Virus record (IMG/VR): IMGVR_UViG_3300045988_116402
Length of the DNA: 42,447 nucleotides
Strand: one strand, 5' to 3'
Source: a virus
Both the position numbers and the translations under genes were made by a program. Of this stretch, positions 39,990 to 42,447 are shown piece by piece; positions within the stretch are counted from its first letter, which is position 1; the number at the start of each line of letters is the position of its first letter. The notes beneath the pieces were generated by a model. The model saw only the letters and a program-made list of their open reading frames with translations. It was not told the DNA's origin and searched no databases.

Positions 39990-40226
39990 TTAAAGTGTGC
40001 CATGTATATGACATTGTTTAACCTCTAAAACATAATGCACGATTTTATTAACTATTGATGTATACCGCCTTGCTACCGTGCGGCGACTGGTGTGTAATTC
40101 TGCCGCAATATCCTCTTGATACCAACCCTTACGGGCTAAATTAATTATCGCTAATTCTTCGTCAGTAAAATCTATATTGTCTATAAACTCTTGCCATTGT
40201 TCCTTGTAGTAGTCCAAACGTTTCAT
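39990..40226 (-). CDS. Small sigma-70 region-4 / LuxR-type HTH protein
   Basis: 78 aa. LARKGWYQEDIAAELHTSRRTVARRYTSIVNKI. Confidence 0.55.
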   Translation of the reverse strand: MKRLDYYKEQWQEFIDNIDFTDEELAIINLARKGWYQEDIAAELHTSRRTVARRYTSIVNKIVHYVLEVKQCHIHGTL

Positions 40227-40241
40227 TTACTCACCCTTCCG

Positions 40242-42447
40242 TTATTCAATTACGCCTTGTTTTTTATTTTCCTCACTTTTCTTTTTGTTGTTTATATAGT
40301 TTTTATAATCATTCACCGTAAGGTTATTTATATTATAAGTATCTGAAATTCTGTATTCCTTAACTATATCTTTACTTGCGTGCTTATCAGCATAACCGTA
40401 TAAAAAGTTAAGTGTTGCTATCTTTTCGTCATCGGAAAGATTTTTCCAATATGAAGATTTAACGAGCTCCGGCATTTCTTCTTCAAGTATTTTTGAATAC
40501 GATGACATATATTTAGATTTATCTTTTGCACTCATTTCATGCTTAATGGCTTTATATTCTTTTGTGGCATTCTGTGAGATTGTTTCAGGTGCTTCATATT
40601 TCGGTAGTATTTTACTGTCTTCAGTTGAATTATAAATGTTTTGTATCGCTTTTATAGTGGCATCATCAAGATTACCGGCTCGATCTTCAAGTGCTAATCT
40701 CAAATATTCATCACGCTGTTTACCACTTGCTTTCTTGATATTCTGATTTGACATATCTTTATACAATGCTTCATATTCTGTTTTAAGTTTCGGTGAAACA
40801 AAACCGATTATTCCGACTGTATACTTTTCAGCATTTGACAATGGAACACCTGTCATTTTTGATATAGCAATAGCAAAATCATGTGCCGATTTAAAAGCCT
40901 TGCTTTTTTCTTTTGACATATATTCAGGTAATACTCCCTGTTGTCTTGCATCTGCCGCACCCTTTATATAATCTGTGAGATTTTTAGTAAAATCTACACT
41001 TGTTTCTACAATGTCATTAATCATATCAAGCGTAACTTCTTCTGTGCCATAGTATGTATCTCCGTTTACAATCGAATTGAATATATTATATATCTGAGTG
41101 CCTAAATAAATATTTCCAACCGCAGCTTCTAAATAAGCTCTTTTATAATAGTTCATTACACTTCGTACCGTTATATTACCGTTTTCATCACGTAATTTTT
41201 TATCATTAGTTACAGCTTGAGCCAATGATGTCATTGCCACAACAACAGCATTTGCAGTAGCCAACGAAAGTATAGTTGACCTAAGTTTTTTTGCAGCTTT
41301 CTTCTTTTCGTTGCTGTTACCTTTTTTGCTCTCGGCTTTATAGGCGCTGTAAGCACTGTACATCATGTTGTAATTCTGGTTTCGCTGTGTAGCAAACATA
41401 TTAAATGCTTTAGCCACTGAGCTTTTGCTACGCGATATACCTGTGCGTTGCATTATATTATACATAGGCTGCGTATTTTCCAATGTTGTTTCGTAAAGAT
41501 GTGTAACTGCGTTCCAAAAATCTTCGCTGCCTACTTCATATTTATTTTTATTTAATATATTAAAATATGCCGCACACGCAATTTCATCAGTTGCCCATAA
41601 ATCCATGTTACGAATCCACTTCATTGGATTGGCAAAGTCTTTAACGTTTTGATATTTTGATACCGCTTTAAAACCACCTGTGTTTAATGCATTAAGCTCT
41701 GCTGTTGAGTTGCCTCTATATGCTCTATCCCACCTATATCCGGTTCTCTTGTCAATTTGACTGAGTATTGATTTACGCAACTTAGGAGATGTACCAAATA
41801 ATCCTTTTATTATATTTGCTCCGCCGACTTCAGGAGCCGCTGTTACAATCGAGGCCGTCTGCTGTAATGACACTTTAGGATTTGCACTTAATACGGACGC
41901 TGCGTAATTACTCATAAGTTTTCCGGCAAAAACATCGATAAAATAATTATCGGAGCCAACACTATTAAGGTCTTTTACAAACTTATTTACATAATCAATC
42001 ATATCATTACCATAAGTGTCCAAAACAGCTTTCTTCAAAGTTGTCCCACTATCATTCTTTGTATTCCAAATCATACTAAAATCACGCATTGGAACGCCAT
42101 ATCCGACAAGCTTTGATACATCATTTATAGCGTCTATTACAACATCGACAGCATTTCTTCCTTTTATTGCTACTCCGGTTGTTCCGGTTCTTTCTTTCAG
42201 AAATCCGGCGTTATTTATATTTCCTTCCGTTTTATTAAGATTAAACTCTGTTACAATAGTATCTTTATCAACAGCTTTAGGATAATAATTTTTTTCTTGT
42301 GCTCTTTCATATCCATGTGTAATCATAGATACTTCATTAATTGCATTGGTTGACATAGTGTTAAAATACTTAAATGCTATTTTTGCAAATTCTTTTTCTG
42401 CCTCTGTCATTCCTCCGACAATTCTTTTTATATCTTCCGGCTTTAAA
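40242..42447 (-). CDS. Giant virion-associated / polyvalent-type protein, C-terminal part (same gene as 1..3585)
   Basis: The track ORF 40242..42410 starts at an internal Met. The frame stays open upstream to the window end and joins 1..3585 in frame through the 76-bp overlap. Confidence 0.85.
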   Translation of the reverse strand, partial: LKPEDIKRIVGGMTEAEKEFAKIAFKYFNTMSTNAINEVSMITHGYERAQEKNYYPKAVDKDTIVTEFNLNKTEGNINNAGFLKERTGTTGVAIKGRNAVDVVIDAINDVSKLVGYGVPMRDFSMIWNTKNDSGTTLKKAVLDTYGNDMIDYVNKFVKDLNSVGSDNYFIDVFAGKLMSNYAASVLSANPKVSLQQTASIVTAAPEVGGANIIKGLFGTSPKLRKSILSQIDKRTGYRWDRAYRGNSTAELNALNTGGFKAVSKYQNVKDFANPMKWIRNMDLWATDEIACAAYFNILNKNKYEVGSEDFWNAVTHLYETTLENTQPMYNIMQRTGISRSKSSVAKAFNMFATQRNQNYNMMYSAYSAYKAESKKGNSNEKKKAAKKLRSTILSLATANAVVVAMTSLAQAVTNDKKLRDENGNITVRSVMNYYKRAYLEAAVGNIYLGTQIYNIFNSIVNGDTYYGTEEVTLDMINDIVETSVDFTKNLTDYIKGAADARQQGVLPEYMSKEKSKAFKSAHDFAIAISKMTGVPLSNAEKYTVGIIGFVSPKLKTEYEALYKDMSNQNIKKASGKQRDEYLRLALEDRAGNLDDATIKAIQNIYNSTEDSKILPKYEAPETISQNATKEYKAIKHEMSAKDKSKYMSSYSKILEEEMPELVKSSYWKNLSDDEKIATLNFLYGYADKHASKDIVKEYRISDTYNINNLTVNDYKNYINNKKKSEENKKQGVIE
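42372..42447. repeat. Terminal direct repeat (copy 2), identical to 1-76
   Basis: Same 76-mer as window start. Confidence 0.95.

Larger units (their letters stand above)
1..42447. mobile_element. Complete temperate tailed-phage genome, circularly closed contig (lysogeny, early/replication, accessory, packaging, head, tail, lysis modules all present)
   Basis: Full module set recognised from the translated ORFs. A 76-bp identical overlap at both window ends and a single ORF in frame across the junction show the contig is circular. Confidence 0.9.

Noticed and set aside
1-42447. Genome-wide stop-codon reassignment (TAG or TGA recoding), prompted by the missing ORF at 1-3585 and the amber codon at 32621
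   Set aside because: The 1-3585 frame contains no stops at all; it was missing only because it crosses the window edge. Essentially all other genes are full-length under the standard bacterial code. Only one suspicious in-frame TAG was found.
1-42447. Diversity-generating retroelement or retron as an explanation for the variable repeats
   Set aside because: No reverse-transcriptase-like ORF is present, and I saw no template/variable repeat pair with adenine-specific differences.

Overview
The window is a complete, circularly closed temperate phage genome. Bases 1-76 are identical to 42372-42447 (assembly overlap), leaving about 42,371 bp of unique sequence, almost all of it coding.

Minus strand, late operon: terS (start 20307), terL, portal, scaffold, capsid, tail/fibre genes, holin and endolysin, a 656-aa protein, then a 1904-aa giant ORF. 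The giant ORF runs off position 1, re-enters at 42447 and stops at 40242. It is missing from the ORF track. Four small cargo genes follow and end at a terminator beside attP.

Minus strand, early/replication operon (33698 down to 23438): Rad52-like SSAP, NinB-like, RusA, a replisome organiser with internal iterons, a DnaC-like loader, SSB, ThyX-like and MazG-like genes, and a sigma-region-4-like late regulator.

Plus strand: a lysogeny module (cI-like repressor, membrane protein, tyrosine integrase, attP), two small genes embedded antisense in the early region, and a terminator-bounded accessory cassette (21142-23403) driven by a consensus-like promoter carrying palindromic operators. A divergent RHH gene sits next to that cassette.

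No tube, sheath or classical tape-measure module is recognisable, so a podovirus-like virion is inferred. The host is probably a low-GC Bacillota/Clostridia-type bacterium; this rests on the AT-rich sequence, strong GGAGG ribosome-binding sites and an SLH-like repeat on the endolysin. I saw no rRNA, tRNA, CRISPR array, transposase or reverse transcriptase.

Most notable observations:
1. A 258-aa protein that looks like the N-terminal half of type I-C Cas8c/Csd1, in a phage with no other cas genes.
2. A textbook type I hammerhead ribozyme in the same cassette.
3. The junction-spanning 1904-aa polyvalent-type virion protein.
4. A 15 x 18-bp in-frame tandem repeat that encodes a hexapeptide solenoid.
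5. A second Arc/Mnt-like switch with two convergent, overlapping RHH genes.
6. An in-frame TAG followed by 50 further coding-looking codons.
7. A late-operon leader that ends in a strong terminator 20 nt before terS.

All family assignments come from motif recognition by eye. No searches were run.
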